Source: Obrimoposthia wandeli
Taxonomy: Eukaryota
Reading direction: 5' to 3'
Assembly (NCBI GenBank): GCA_977020255.1
Contig: CDROCS010000253.1
Coordinates: forward strand, 1,178,001 to 1,242,000
Length of the DNA stretch: 64,000 nucleotides
The position numbers and the translations under genes are program-made. Of this stretch, positions 9,145-17,283 are shown piece after piece. Position 1 is the first letter of the stretch; the number at the start of each line of letters is the position of its first letter. Below the pieces are notes generated by a model. That model was not told where the DNA came from, made no database searches, and saw only the letters and a list, made by a program, of their open reading frames with translations.

Positions 9145-10410
9145 TTATGAAATGAGACCTTTCAGCGCGTTAAATTCTGTACTTGTTCTATCTTGTTCAG
9201 CACAAATACTCAGTAAGTCGTCAATAAAGTGCTTTAACGCTCTGTGTTCTATTTTTTGTACTTTTTCTTGCTGTGCAGGCGTTAACATTTGATAGCTAGT
9301 TGCAGCGCCAAAGTCGCCAAAAATGATATTGCCTTGTGCATCAAATAAGGTGTTATGAGCGTATAAGTCACCGTGACATACTTGATTTTTATGCAAGTGC
9401 GCGAACACCTTTTCCATCTGGCTTACTATGTTCTTAATAAGCGTTATCGATAAGCTGAAACCTTGCGGGAAAGTGTCTCGGGTACAGCTATTAAAGCAAG
9501 GTGGTAAACCAAGGTTTTGGTAATTTTCAGGAATAAGGCTCATGATTAGCGCAAGGTAGTTACCTCCAGGGTGTAAGTCTTCATGTACTTGCGCTAATGA
9601 TTGTACCAAATTTGGGTGTTTTCCTACTTGTAAGCAAGCTTGCAATTCATCTTGTGGGTAACCATCACTGGTAACTTCACCTTTGAATACCTTTACTGCA
9701 ATATCATCAGGAAATTGTGATTGCGGTGAATTCCAGTGTGCTTTTGAAATAACCCCAGAAGCGCCTTGGCCGAGTACTCTTTCTAAAGTGTAGCTTGCCG
9801 ATGATACATCAGGTACTGGCATAACATGGAGGGTGTTTTTACTCTGGATTTTGGTGAAAGGGTTACCGGCAAAAGCTAACCATGCAAGTTTTGGTAAGCT
9901 TAGTAATTGCTCAGGGCATTCTGTTAGCTTATTTGCTGAAATACGCACTAGTTCAAGGTTATGGGCTTGTGCTAATGTTTGCGGTAACTCGGTCAAGCGG
10001 TTACCCGCCAAGGCTAATTTTTGTAATCTTGGTCGCTCACCTAAACTGTTTGGCAAGGTTTCAATTAAGTTATCGGTTAATATCAACCAACGCAATTGTG
10101 CCGGCAGTGACGCTTCAGCAACTTTTTTTATTTGGTTTGATTTAAAGCCAACCATCGTTAAGTTAGGTAACTGCCCCAACACTTCTGGCAAATGTTCAAA
10201 TTTATTTTGTGAAGCAAAAATAATCTTTAGCTTTGTCATTTGTGCTAACTCATCAGGTAGTGATGATAAGGCATTATTAGATAAGTCTAGGATCTCTAAA
10301 CTGTCAGCTAGCGTTAAAATTTCTAATGGGAATGTGCTTAGGTTTTCAGATAATTTTAATTGGCTAATGCCGGCGAGTTCGCCAGAGCGAAGTTGAGAAA
10401 GCGTATGCAA
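9145..10410 (-). CDS. Leucine-rich-repeat protein kinase family protein
   Basis: Repeated LxxLxLxxNxL units, then LGQGASG, VAVKVFKG, HGDLYAHN, GDFG. Likely start is TTG at 10410 (HTLSQLRSGEL); the track extends to 10455. Confidence 0.88.
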   Translation of the reverse strand: MHTLSQLRSGELAGISQLKLSENLSTFPLEILTLADSLEILDLSNNALSSLPDELAQMTKLKIIFASQNKFEHLPEVLGQLPNLTMVGFKSNQIKKVAEASLPAQLRWLILTDNLIETLPNSLGERPRLQKLALAGNRLTELPQTLAQAHNLELVRISANKLTECPEQLLSLPKLAWLAFAGNPFTKIQSKNTLHVMPVPDVSSASYTLERVLGQGASGVISKAHWNSPQSQFPDDIAVKVFKGEVTSDGYPQDELQACLQVGKHPNLVQSLAQVHEDLHPGGNYLALIMSLIPENYQNLGLPPCFNSCTRDTFPQGFSLSITLIKNIVSQMEKVFAHLHKNQVCHGDLYAHNTLFDAQGNIIFGDFGAATSYQMLTPAQQEKVQKIEHRALKHFIDDLLSICAEQDRTSTEFNALKGLIS

Positions 10411-10467
10411 AATAAAGCGTCCGTAGAAGTCATTAAAAATGGCGCTAGTGTACAAGATCTTCTTCGT

Positions 10468-10521
10468 TATATAAACCAGCCCTTTGGGGAAAACTGAGCA
10501 TCTTAAAGTGGAACGGGTATA
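10468..10521 (+). mobile_element. Collapsed (internally deleted) derivative of the ERIC-like MITE
   Basis: TATATAAACCAGCCCTTTGGGGAAAACTGAGCA joined to TCTTAAAGTGGAACGGGTATA. Both halves match copy 33100-33365, fused at a GAGCA microhomology. Confidence 0.85.
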
Positions 10522-10612
10522 AACACTGACGGGGCGTCAACCAGAATAAGTTGGTCACATTGTAACGGTTTGAATGTGGAGATTAGCTATTGCTCAATCA
10601 ATTTACTGGGTG

Positions 10613-10918
10613 TTACTTTTTTTGGTATTTAGGATGTAATTTCAAATAATCGCACCAAATACTAAAGTTAGTATGGTTAAAGCGGGTATCAGTTGCGGTG
10701 AACCACCTTGAGTATTCGATTGCTTTGAGGCGAAATAATATCTTATGACCGTCAATGGCGACATGACAAATTAAATTCTCCATGGTGGCGTTGCTCACTT
10801 GAACTTCGGCAAAGCCTTCGGCATTACGTTGATGCTTTACTGTTATTTTAGGCATAGCTAACACACTAATAGGGAGTAATAGTGCAGAGAATAAAACAAA
10901 TACCTTAATAGCCATCAT
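10613..10918 (-). CDS. Small secreted hypothetical protein
   Basis: N-terminal signal-peptide-like segment ending VLA-M; 101 aa with conserved-looking C and W residues. Confidence 0.75.
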   Translation of the reverse strand: MMAIKVFVLFSALLLPISVLAMPKITVKHQRNAEGFAEVQVSNATMENLICHVAIDGHKILFRLKAIEYSRWFTATDTRFNHTNFSIWCDYLKLHPKYQKK

Positions 10919-11082
10919 TGTGTTTCTTAAATCATTTAGAAAATAATATGGAGTTTAGCATTGAAAGCCAATTAAGTGTCTCCATAACTTATAACAACGC
11001 AGTAACTTCATTCTAGTTATAGCAATTCAATGACAGCATTATAAAAATATGCTCAAAAAAAGCATTCATAAGAGATAAAATC

Positions 11083-11862
11083 ATGGCTAATTTCGTACCT
11101 GTTAGAAAAGAACAACATCAGAACCTTAAACTTGCTAGCAAGCGTGATCTTGCACACGTTGCTGGTCAACACATTGTTTCATTAACAGCTGCTGAATATG
11201 CACAAGCATCAGCAAGCTTTCCTATAGTATTAGTTAAAAATCCAGAATCACCACGTTACCGTAGTGTTGCGATGTTAGGTTTAGAGGCCGGTGAGAACTT
11301 ATACTATAAAGATGATAAATGGAGTGGTTTAGCATTACCACAAAGTGTTGGTATGGCACCATTTGCTTTAGGTTTAGATCCAGACAAAGAAAACACGCTA
11401 ACAGCCTGTGTTGATATGGATAGTGCTTTAGTTGGTGAAGATAAAGAGCTTGCTTTATTTGAAGCAGACGGAAAAGAATCAGAGTTATTAGCCAACGTAC
11501 AAAATTCATTAGGTCGTTTATATGAAAATGAAAAAATGACTGAAAACTTCGTTAAAGAACTTGAAGAAAATGACTTATTACAAGAGCTTGAGTTAAAAAT
11601 TGATTTAAGAAATGGCGAAAAGAAAAAGCTCACTGGCCTCTTTACTATTAATGAAGATAAAGTGAAATCATTAGCCGACGATAAAGTTTTAGATTTCCAC
11701 AAACGTGGCTTATTTGTACCAATTTATGCGATGTTAGGTTCTTTAGGTCAAATTAACCGTTTAGTACAATTACGTAACCTAACAAGTGGCGCTCAAATTA
11801 CCAGTATCCAAATTGCACCATTAGTTAAAGAAGAAGCACAAGAAGAAGTTGCAGAGAGTTAA
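11083..11862 (+). CDS. SapC family protein
   Basis: H..LKL, EY..A...FPIVLVK, AMLGLEAGENLY, PFALG, IYAMLGSLGQI pattern. Confidence 0.85.
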   Translation: MANFVPVRKEQHQNLKLASKRDLAHVAGQHIVSLTAAEYAQASASFPIVLVKNPESPRYRSVAMLGLEAGENLYYKDDKWSGLALPQSVGMAPFALGLDPDKENTLTACVDMDSALVGEDKELALFEADGKESELLANVQNSLGRLYENEKMTENFVKELEENDLLQELELKIDLRNGEKKKLTGLFTINEDKVKSLADDKVLDFHKRGLFVPIYAMLGSLGQINRLVQLRNLTSGAQITSIQIAPLVKEEAQEEVAES

Positions 11863-11900
11863 TTCATCTGTCGGCATTGCCGTAAAAAATTATAAATAAT

Positions 11901-11925
11901 AAAAGGGCTTTTGCCCTTTTTTTTT
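11901..11925 (+). terminator. Rho-independent terminator after sapC
   Basis: AAAAGGGC-tttt-GCCC followed by T9. Confidence 0.8.
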
Positions 11926-11980
11926 GTTAAAAAAGTTACCTTTCATATTCCTGTGCTGATGCTCCTGTGATAATTTAGAG

Positions 11981-13210
11981 ATGGCAGTGATTTATAATAA
12001 TGAGAATAATATGGACGATAAAAGTAAATTATCTAAGGATGTTGAAGAACAAATTAAAAGCTTAGCTAGTGATGTTTATATTCAAGTAGAAGATAAATTA
12101 ACTCACTTGATAGCTATTGCAGTTAAAGCTGAGATTAGTAAAAATAGTGATCAACAAAGCCAAGATTTATTAACGAAACAGCAATTACACATAAACGAGA
12201 TTACACAGCTTAAACAAATATTAGTTGAAAAACAGGCAGATGAAGCAACAAGTAAGCGGAATTACCAGGTAGAGCTCACTCAAAACATCATTAATTACAC
12301 CGAGACCATAGAGCACTTGGAAAAAGAAATTGTTAACTTCAAACAGCAACAAGACAAAAAGCAAAGTAGTGATAATAAGCTAGACGAAAAATTATTGAAA
12401 ACAGAACAAAAACTCAATGATAGAAATCAAGAGATTGAGGGGTTGAGTAGTCGCGTTATGGCGTTAACGGAGCAAGAAAAAAGGTTAACTATACAATTTA
12501 CGGCTGCTAAAAAACAAATTCAGCTAGATGAAAAGCAGCAAAGTGAGGCTGTGACAGTCATTAAAACTCAAGCCGAAGTATCAGCCAAACAACAAATGGA
12601 TGCGTTAACTACAGAATTTCAGACACTTGAAAATGATAAAGCTGACTTGCAACAGCAGTTATCGGTACAACAAAAAACTATTGAGACAGAGCAAGATAAA
12701 AACAAACAAGCTGAACAAAAACACCAAGTTTATCAAGCAAAAATAATTAAGCTAACGGAGCAATCAGCTATTGATAAACAGCAATTTCTTGATGATACAA
12801 AGTTAATTAGTGAGGGGGCTGAAAAAACAAAACAGTTAAACGCACTAGCGCAACAAAGGATTTTTGAATTAGAGGAAACTCACGAGCAACTTAACAATAA
12901 AATAGATACTGAAAGAAATGAATTAAAATTATATCAGCAAGAAGTCAAAGTACTTAATGATCAAGTGAAGGTTACCCAAGAGGGACAAGAGAATATCTTG
13001 AAACGCTTTAATAAGAATCGTGATAAGCAAGAATTAGAAAATAATAAAGTGCGAGAAACCATTAAATTCTTACGTGATGAAAATCACCAATTAATCAGTG
13101 ATAACGGCGAACAAAAAGCTCAGTTTAGCGATGAAAAAAGTGAGTTGGAGCATAAGTTGACCGAATACCGATTGAAATTTGAGTATGCTCAGAAGCAATT
13201 AACCAATTAG
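11981..13210 (+). CDS. Long coiled-coil hypothetical protein
   Basis: 409 aa, Q/E/K/L-rich heptad composition, no catalytic motif recognised. Confidence 0.8.
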   Translation: MAVIYNNENNMDDKSKLSKDVEEQIKSLASDVYIQVEDKLTHLIAIAVKAEISKNSDQQSQDLLTKQQLHINEITQLKQILVEKQADEATSKRNYQVELTQNIINYTETIEHLEKEIVNFKQQQDKKQSSDNKLDEKLLKTEQKLNDRNQEIEGLSSRVMALTEQEKRLTIQFTAAKKQIQLDEKQQSEAVTVIKTQAEVSAKQQMDALTTEFQTLENDKADLQQQLSVQQKTIETEQDKNKQAEQKHQVYQAKIIKLTEQSAIDKQQFLDDTKLISEGAEKTKQLNALAQQRIFELEETHEQLNNKIDTERNELKLYQQEVKVLNDQVKVTQEGQENILKRFNKNRDKQELENNKVRETIKFLRDENHQLISDNGEQKAQFSDEKSELEHKLTEYRLKFEYAQKQLTN

Positions 13211-13317
13211 TTGTTTCGATATGTGTACAAGACAGTCATAATAAAACTAAGCTTATTCGCATTTTGAGTAAGCTTGGGTATAATCCAGTTAATTATCGTA
13301 ACTGAGTATATATCTAA

Positions 13318-13953
13318 GTGGCTATTCATCTTCCTTTTGCCAAGTTAAGTCATTGGCATCAAATTGCTTTCTCTGCAGCGTTACTTGAGCGTATGTTACC
13401 TAATTATCAAATGTTCAGTGAAGCGGCTGACTTTGGTAATGCTAAAGTATTACGTAATCAACTCGATATTATTTGGCAATGGCTTGATAACAGTAATACA
13501 GTAAAAATTAATAGCGAAGCCCAATTACTCAAATTAGAAGCTGAAACCCCTGATCCTGAAGCCTTTGATTCTTTTGGTGTCTTTCCTGCACTTGATGCGT
13601 GTATGGCTTTTTCGGCTTTGTGGCAATTAATGCAAGTTAAGCCATTGAAAAAACAAAAAATAGCAGAAATTGATACTGACGACATCCAAAGTATCAGTCG
13701 CCTATCTCATAATAGTGTCAGTTATTATGTCGAGCTGCTTTTACTTGACGAAGCTGACGAGTCCTCCGATGAAGAGCTTACTATCACTGCTGAGCAAATG
13801 GATGCACATCCACTCATTCAATGGGAAAAAGACACGCAAAATGAGCTGTTCGATTTTCTAAAGTTTGCCGCTGCCGATAAGCGTACTTGTAAGCTAGCTA
13901 AGCAGATGAGTCTATCTGAAGGTTTGTCTAATTTAGGCATAGAGATTATTTAA
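13318..13953 (+). CDS. YjaG/DUF416 family protein
   Basis: W..IAF.AALLERMLPNYQMF, FDSFGVFPALDAC, HPL..WE. Confidence 0.88.
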   Translation: MAIHLPFAKLSHWHQIAFSAALLERMLPNYQMFSEAADFGNAKVLRNQLDIIWQWLDNSNTVKINSEAQLLKLEAETPDPEAFDSFGVFPALDACMAFSALWQLMQVKPLKKQKIAEIDTDDIQSISRLSHNSVSYYVELLLLDEADESSDEELTITAEQMDAHPLIQWEKDTQNELFDFLKFAAADKRTCKLAKQMSLSEGLSNLGIEII

Positions 13954-13997
13954 CTGCCAACAAACCCTAAATAAAAACCTTAATACAGGAAGCCAAG

Positions 13998-15578
13998 ATG
14001 AAGTTACTCATTACTGCATTGTTTTCAGTCACCTTAATTGTGTCTCTAGTTACTCCAGTGCAAGCAAGTAGTATTGTTGATAAAAATACTAAAATTGAAC
14101 AAGCTATCGCTCAAGCCATGAGCACGTTTCAAGTACCTGGTGTCGCCGTAGCTATTATCAAAGATAATACAGTGGTAATGAGTAAAGGTTTTGGTGTGAT
14201 TGAACACGGTAAGTCAGCCAAAGTCACCGCTGATACTTTATTTGGCATTGCGTCAAATACTAAGGCGATGACAGCCGCTTTGTTGGCTAGCTTAGTGGAT
14301 GAAGGTAAGCTCACTTGGCAAACTAAGGTGATTGATATCATCCCTGAATTTCAAATGCCGGATGCCTATGTTACGCGTGAATTCACCATTACTGACTTGC
14401 TAGCTCACAATTCTGGTTTAGGTCTAGGTGCCGGTGATTTGATGATTTGGCCGCACACTACCTTAACCAATGCCGATGTTATTAAGGGATTAAAATACTT
14501 ACCTGAAGTCTCGAGCTTTCGTAGTGAGTTTGCTTACGATAACTTAATGTACATAATTGCTGGTGAAGTGATTGCTCGTGTTACTGGTCAGCCTTGGAGT
14601 GACGTTATCCAAGCACGTATATTTACGCCGCTTGGCATGAATAATACCCGAGCAACCTTTTCATTAATTGAGAAGCAGAATAGTAATGTAGCCAGAGCAC
14701 ATGTACCACTTAATGGTAAATTAAATGTTGTTGGTGGTAATTTCTTAGAGAAATTTTCATCAGCAGGCGCTGTTGCATCAAGCGTCAATGATATGAGTTT
14801 TTGGTTACAGGCACAGTTAAATCAAGGGGCATACGGCACCAAGCTGGATGAAAAGTCTCCGCGTTTATTTTCAGCTAAGCAAAGCCGTAAGATGTGGCAA
14901 GCGCAAACGTTACTCGCTGTGTCTGATAAAGCGACTCAACAAGATAAAACGCATTTTTCAGCTTATGGTTTAGGTTGGTTTATGAAAGATTATCATGGGG
15001 TGAAGTTAATTCATCACAGCGGTGGTATTTTAGGTATGGTATCAAAAGTGGTGCTAGTGCCAGAAGAAGATCTCGCTATGGTGATCCTAACGAATCAACA
15101 GTCGGGTTATGCTTTTAATGCTATTTATCAGCAAATATTAAATGAATATCTTGAATTACCTGAAAAAGATTGGACTGTTTATTATCACGAAAAGCAGCAA
15201 AAAAGCTCGGCCAAAGAACAAAAACGCTTAGCGAAAGCGGCTGACTCTGTTCATAAGAATTCAGCGCATTCATTAGCTTTACGTGATTATGCACAGACTT
15301 ATGTTGATAATTGGTATGGCGAAATTAAGATTGGCTTTAAAAACAATCAGTTAACTATGCAGTTTGGCAACACCCCTGAACTAAAAGGTACCTTAGAGCA
15401 TTACCAACACAATACTTTTATTGTTCGCTGGCATGATAGAACGCTTGAAGCCGATGCTTTTGTTAATTTTAATCTGAATGAAGACGGTGGAATTAACTAC
15501 GCCACCATGAAAGCAGTATCACGGGCGACGGACTTTAGTTTTGATTTTCATGACTTAAAACTAAGACCTAAAAAATAA
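13998..15578 (+). CDS. Secreted serine hydrolase (beta-lactamase/PBP class C-like) with C-terminal DUF3471
   Basis: Signal peptide, FGIASNTK (SxxK), FAYDN (YxN), HSGG, C-terminal Y.D.WYGEI...L.HY..NTF. Confidence 0.9.
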   Translation: MKLLITALFSVTLIVSLVTPVQASSIVDKNTKIEQAIAQAMSTFQVPGVAVAIIKDNTVVMSKGFGVIEHGKSAKVTADTLFGIASNTKAMTAALLASLVDEGKLTWQTKVIDIIPEFQMPDAYVTREFTITDLLAHNSGLGLGAGDLMIWPHTTLTNADVIKGLKYLPEVSSFRSEFAYDNLMYIIAGEVIARVTGQPWSDVIQARIFTPLGMNNTRATFSLIEKQNSNVARAHVPLNGKLNVVGGNFLEKFSSAGAVASSVNDMSFWLQAQLNQGAYGTKLDEKSPRLFSAKQSRKMWQAQTLLAVSDKATQQDKTHFSAYGLGWFMKDYHGVKLIHHSGGILGMVSKVVLVPEEDLAMVILTNQQSGYAFNAIYQQILNEYLELPEKDWTVYYHEKQQKSSAKEQKRLAKAADSVHKNSAHSLALRDYAQTYVDNWYGEIKIGFKNNQLTMQFGNTPELKGTLEHYQHNTFIVRWHDRTLEADAFVNFNLNEDGGINYATMKAVSRATDFSFDFHDLKLRPKK

Positions 15579-15608
15579 GAGCCGAAAAAATAAGAGCCGA
15601 AAAAATAA
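15570..15608 (+). repeat. 15-bp tandem repeat spanning the stop codon
   Basis: AAAAAATAAGAGCCG twice plus a partial third AAAAAATAA. Confidence 0.85.
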
Positions 15609-15644
15609 ATAGCTGAATATTAAGTTGCTGTAATATTGGATGTG

Positions 15645-15675
15645 AAAAAGGAGTACGTAGCTGTACTCCTTTTTT
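15645..15675. terminator. Bidirectional terminator between convergent serine hydrolase and ogt
   Basis: AAAAAGGAGTAC-gtagct-GTACTCCTTTTT. Confidence 0.85.
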
Positions 15676-15714
15676 GTTTTCAATACTGAAATTTTGTGAA
15701 CAACTCGCAAAGTA

Positions 15715-16263
15715 TTAGCGTAGGAATTGCGTCTTTGCTTGGCGCTTGTTAATAACATTCTTAAGATCTAATTTGGCATTGTCATTAGATTGTTTTACCT
15801 CAACCCCCTCATGGTTTAGTAACCATAATTTACGCTCAATGCCACCAGCATAACCGGTTAATGAACCATTACCGCCAATGACGCGATGGCAAGGTACAAT
15901 CAGCGTAATGGGGTTTCTACCATTAGCGCCACCAACAGCCTGAGAAGCTTTTGGTTTATTGAGCTGCTTGGCTATTTCGCCATAGGACTTTATCGTACCA
16001 AAAGGGATCGTGACTAAACAGCTCCACACGGAGTGCTGAAATGGGGTGCCTTGTGGGTCTAATGGTACGGTAAAAACCTGACGTTGCCCGGCAAAGTATT
16101 CTTCTAATTGTTGTTTACAAAGTAAAGTGATGTCATTAGGTTTGCTGTCAGCTTGTTGATCACCACAAAAGATGGCTTGGCAAATACCTTGCTCGGTTGC
16201 CATCAATTCAAACAAACCTAAAGGGGTGTCGAGGTAATCAATAAACATGGACGTTGTCTCCAA
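15715..16263 (-). CDS. ogt: Methylated-DNA-[protein]-cysteine S-methyltransferase
   Basis: GTPFQ..VW..L..IPFG...SYGEIA, AVGGANGRNP, IVPCHRVIG, GYAGG. Confidence 0.93.
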   Translation of the reverse strand: METTSMFIDYLDTPLGLFELMATEQGICQAIFCGDQQADSKPNDITLLCKQQLEEYFAGQRQVFTVPLDPQGTPFQHSVWSCLVTIPFGTIKSYGEIAKQLNKPKASQAVGGANGRNPITLIVPCHRVIGGNGSLTGYAGGIERKLWLLNHEGVEVKQSNDNAKLDLKNVINKRQAKTQFLR

Positions 16264-16288
16264 AGCTAAAATGGTACTAATGTTAGTA

Positions 16289-16912
16289 CTAAGGTTGATA
16301 TTGATAGAGGCGATAGATAACTTGGCCGGCTAATTTCTCTTTCAGTAATTGCCAGTTTACCGGTATAACTTGCGTGCTCTCTGCTTCCATTTCTACATAA
16401 ATGAGTGCCTGTTCAGCCAAACCATAGTTATTTAATAATTGTGCAGCTTGTTCCACTAATTGCTTTCTAAAAGGAGGGTCGAGAAAGACTAAATCAAAGG
16501 GCTTAGCTGCACTTGCCGTTAATTCTGCTTTAAGAAAAGCAAGGGCGTCACTATTAACAACAGTAAGGTTATCAGCCTTAAGTAACTCTTTATTCTCGAG
16601 TAGTTGTTTTGCCGCGGCTCTATTTAATTCCACCAAGGTTACTTGGGCGGCACCACGTGACAAGGCTTCAAAACCCAAACCACCCGATCCAGCAAAACAG
16701 TCTAAACAGTTGGCTTGACTAAGGTAAGGCATGAGCCAATTAAAAACAGTCTCTTTCACTCTATCGGTTGTCGGTCGTAATCCCTCCGCTATTAATACCG
16801 GTAATTTTCTGCCTTTATATTTACCAGCAATAATACGGATTTTACCGGCAGACTTGCCCTGACCTCTGCCAGAAAGGATCTTTTTACTTAGTTGTTTTCT
16901 TGGTTGATTCAT
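16289..16912 (-). CDS. rsmD: 16S rRNA m2G966 methyltransferase RsmD
   Basis: IRIIAGKYKGRKL, LRPTTDRVKETVFNWL, LDCFAGSGGLGFEALSRGA, FLDPPF; divergent from ftsY as in enterobacteria. Confidence 0.95.
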   Translation of the reverse strand: MNQPRKQLSKKILSGRGQGKSAGKIRIIAGKYKGRKLPVLIAEGLRPTTDRVKETVFNWLMPYLSQANCLDCFAGSGGLGFEALSRGAAQVTLVELNRAAAKQLLENKELLKADNLTVVNSDALAFLKAELTASAAKPFDLVFLDPPFRKQLVEQAAQLLNNYGLAEQALIYVEMEAESTQVIPVNWQLLKEKLAGQVIYRLYQYQP

Positions 16913-16998
16913 ATCACTGACAATTTTGCTATTAAGTGCTAATATAGCGCCAATTTTATCCTTGTTTGGTCTTTATACCAAACAAATTTATACTGTAA

Positions 16999-17262
16999 TA
17001 CCAATCGGACTAATGAACTGATCACTTAGCGAGAATTAAAAGGCTTAGAAGCAAGGCATTGATTGAAGAGAATGGTTATTCCCTTGTCAAAATCAATAAC
17101 GCCGCATGTACGCCTTTTAAACTCGCCCTTTGGGAACTCGTTAGCAAACTGATAACATCACAAAATGAATGAAATATAGAATAACTATGTTTAACTCATT
17201 TTGTTTGTTCTAAGCTCGCTAACGTAGTTCTAAGTTGGTCAGTTAATTAATCCGTTTGGTAT
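16999..17262 (+). mobile_element. ERIC-like MITE, subfamily A (~264 bp)
   Basis: Imperfect ~33-bp TIRs (TACCAATCGGACTAATGAACTGATCACTTAG / CTAAGTTGGTCAGTTAATTAATCCGTTTGGTA). Shares core GCAAGGCATTGATTGAAGAGAAT-GTTATT...AAATCAATAAC with copies at 21494, 33100 and 52501. Confidence 0.85.
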
Positions 17263-17265
17263 AAT
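17257..17265 (+). promoter_or_regulatory. Extended -10 box (TGnTATAAT) formed at the MITE right end, upstream of ftsY
   Basis: TGGTATAAT, 18 bp before the ftsY GTG start. Confidence 0.5.
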
Positions 17266-17283
17266 ATATTTAGGTAGCTAAAA

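Noticed and set aside
13246-13284. GCTTGGGTATA upstream of yjaG as a MITE end
   Set aside because: Only an 11-nt match, explained by an AAGCTT hairpin arm plus a TATAAT -10 box; no further homology.
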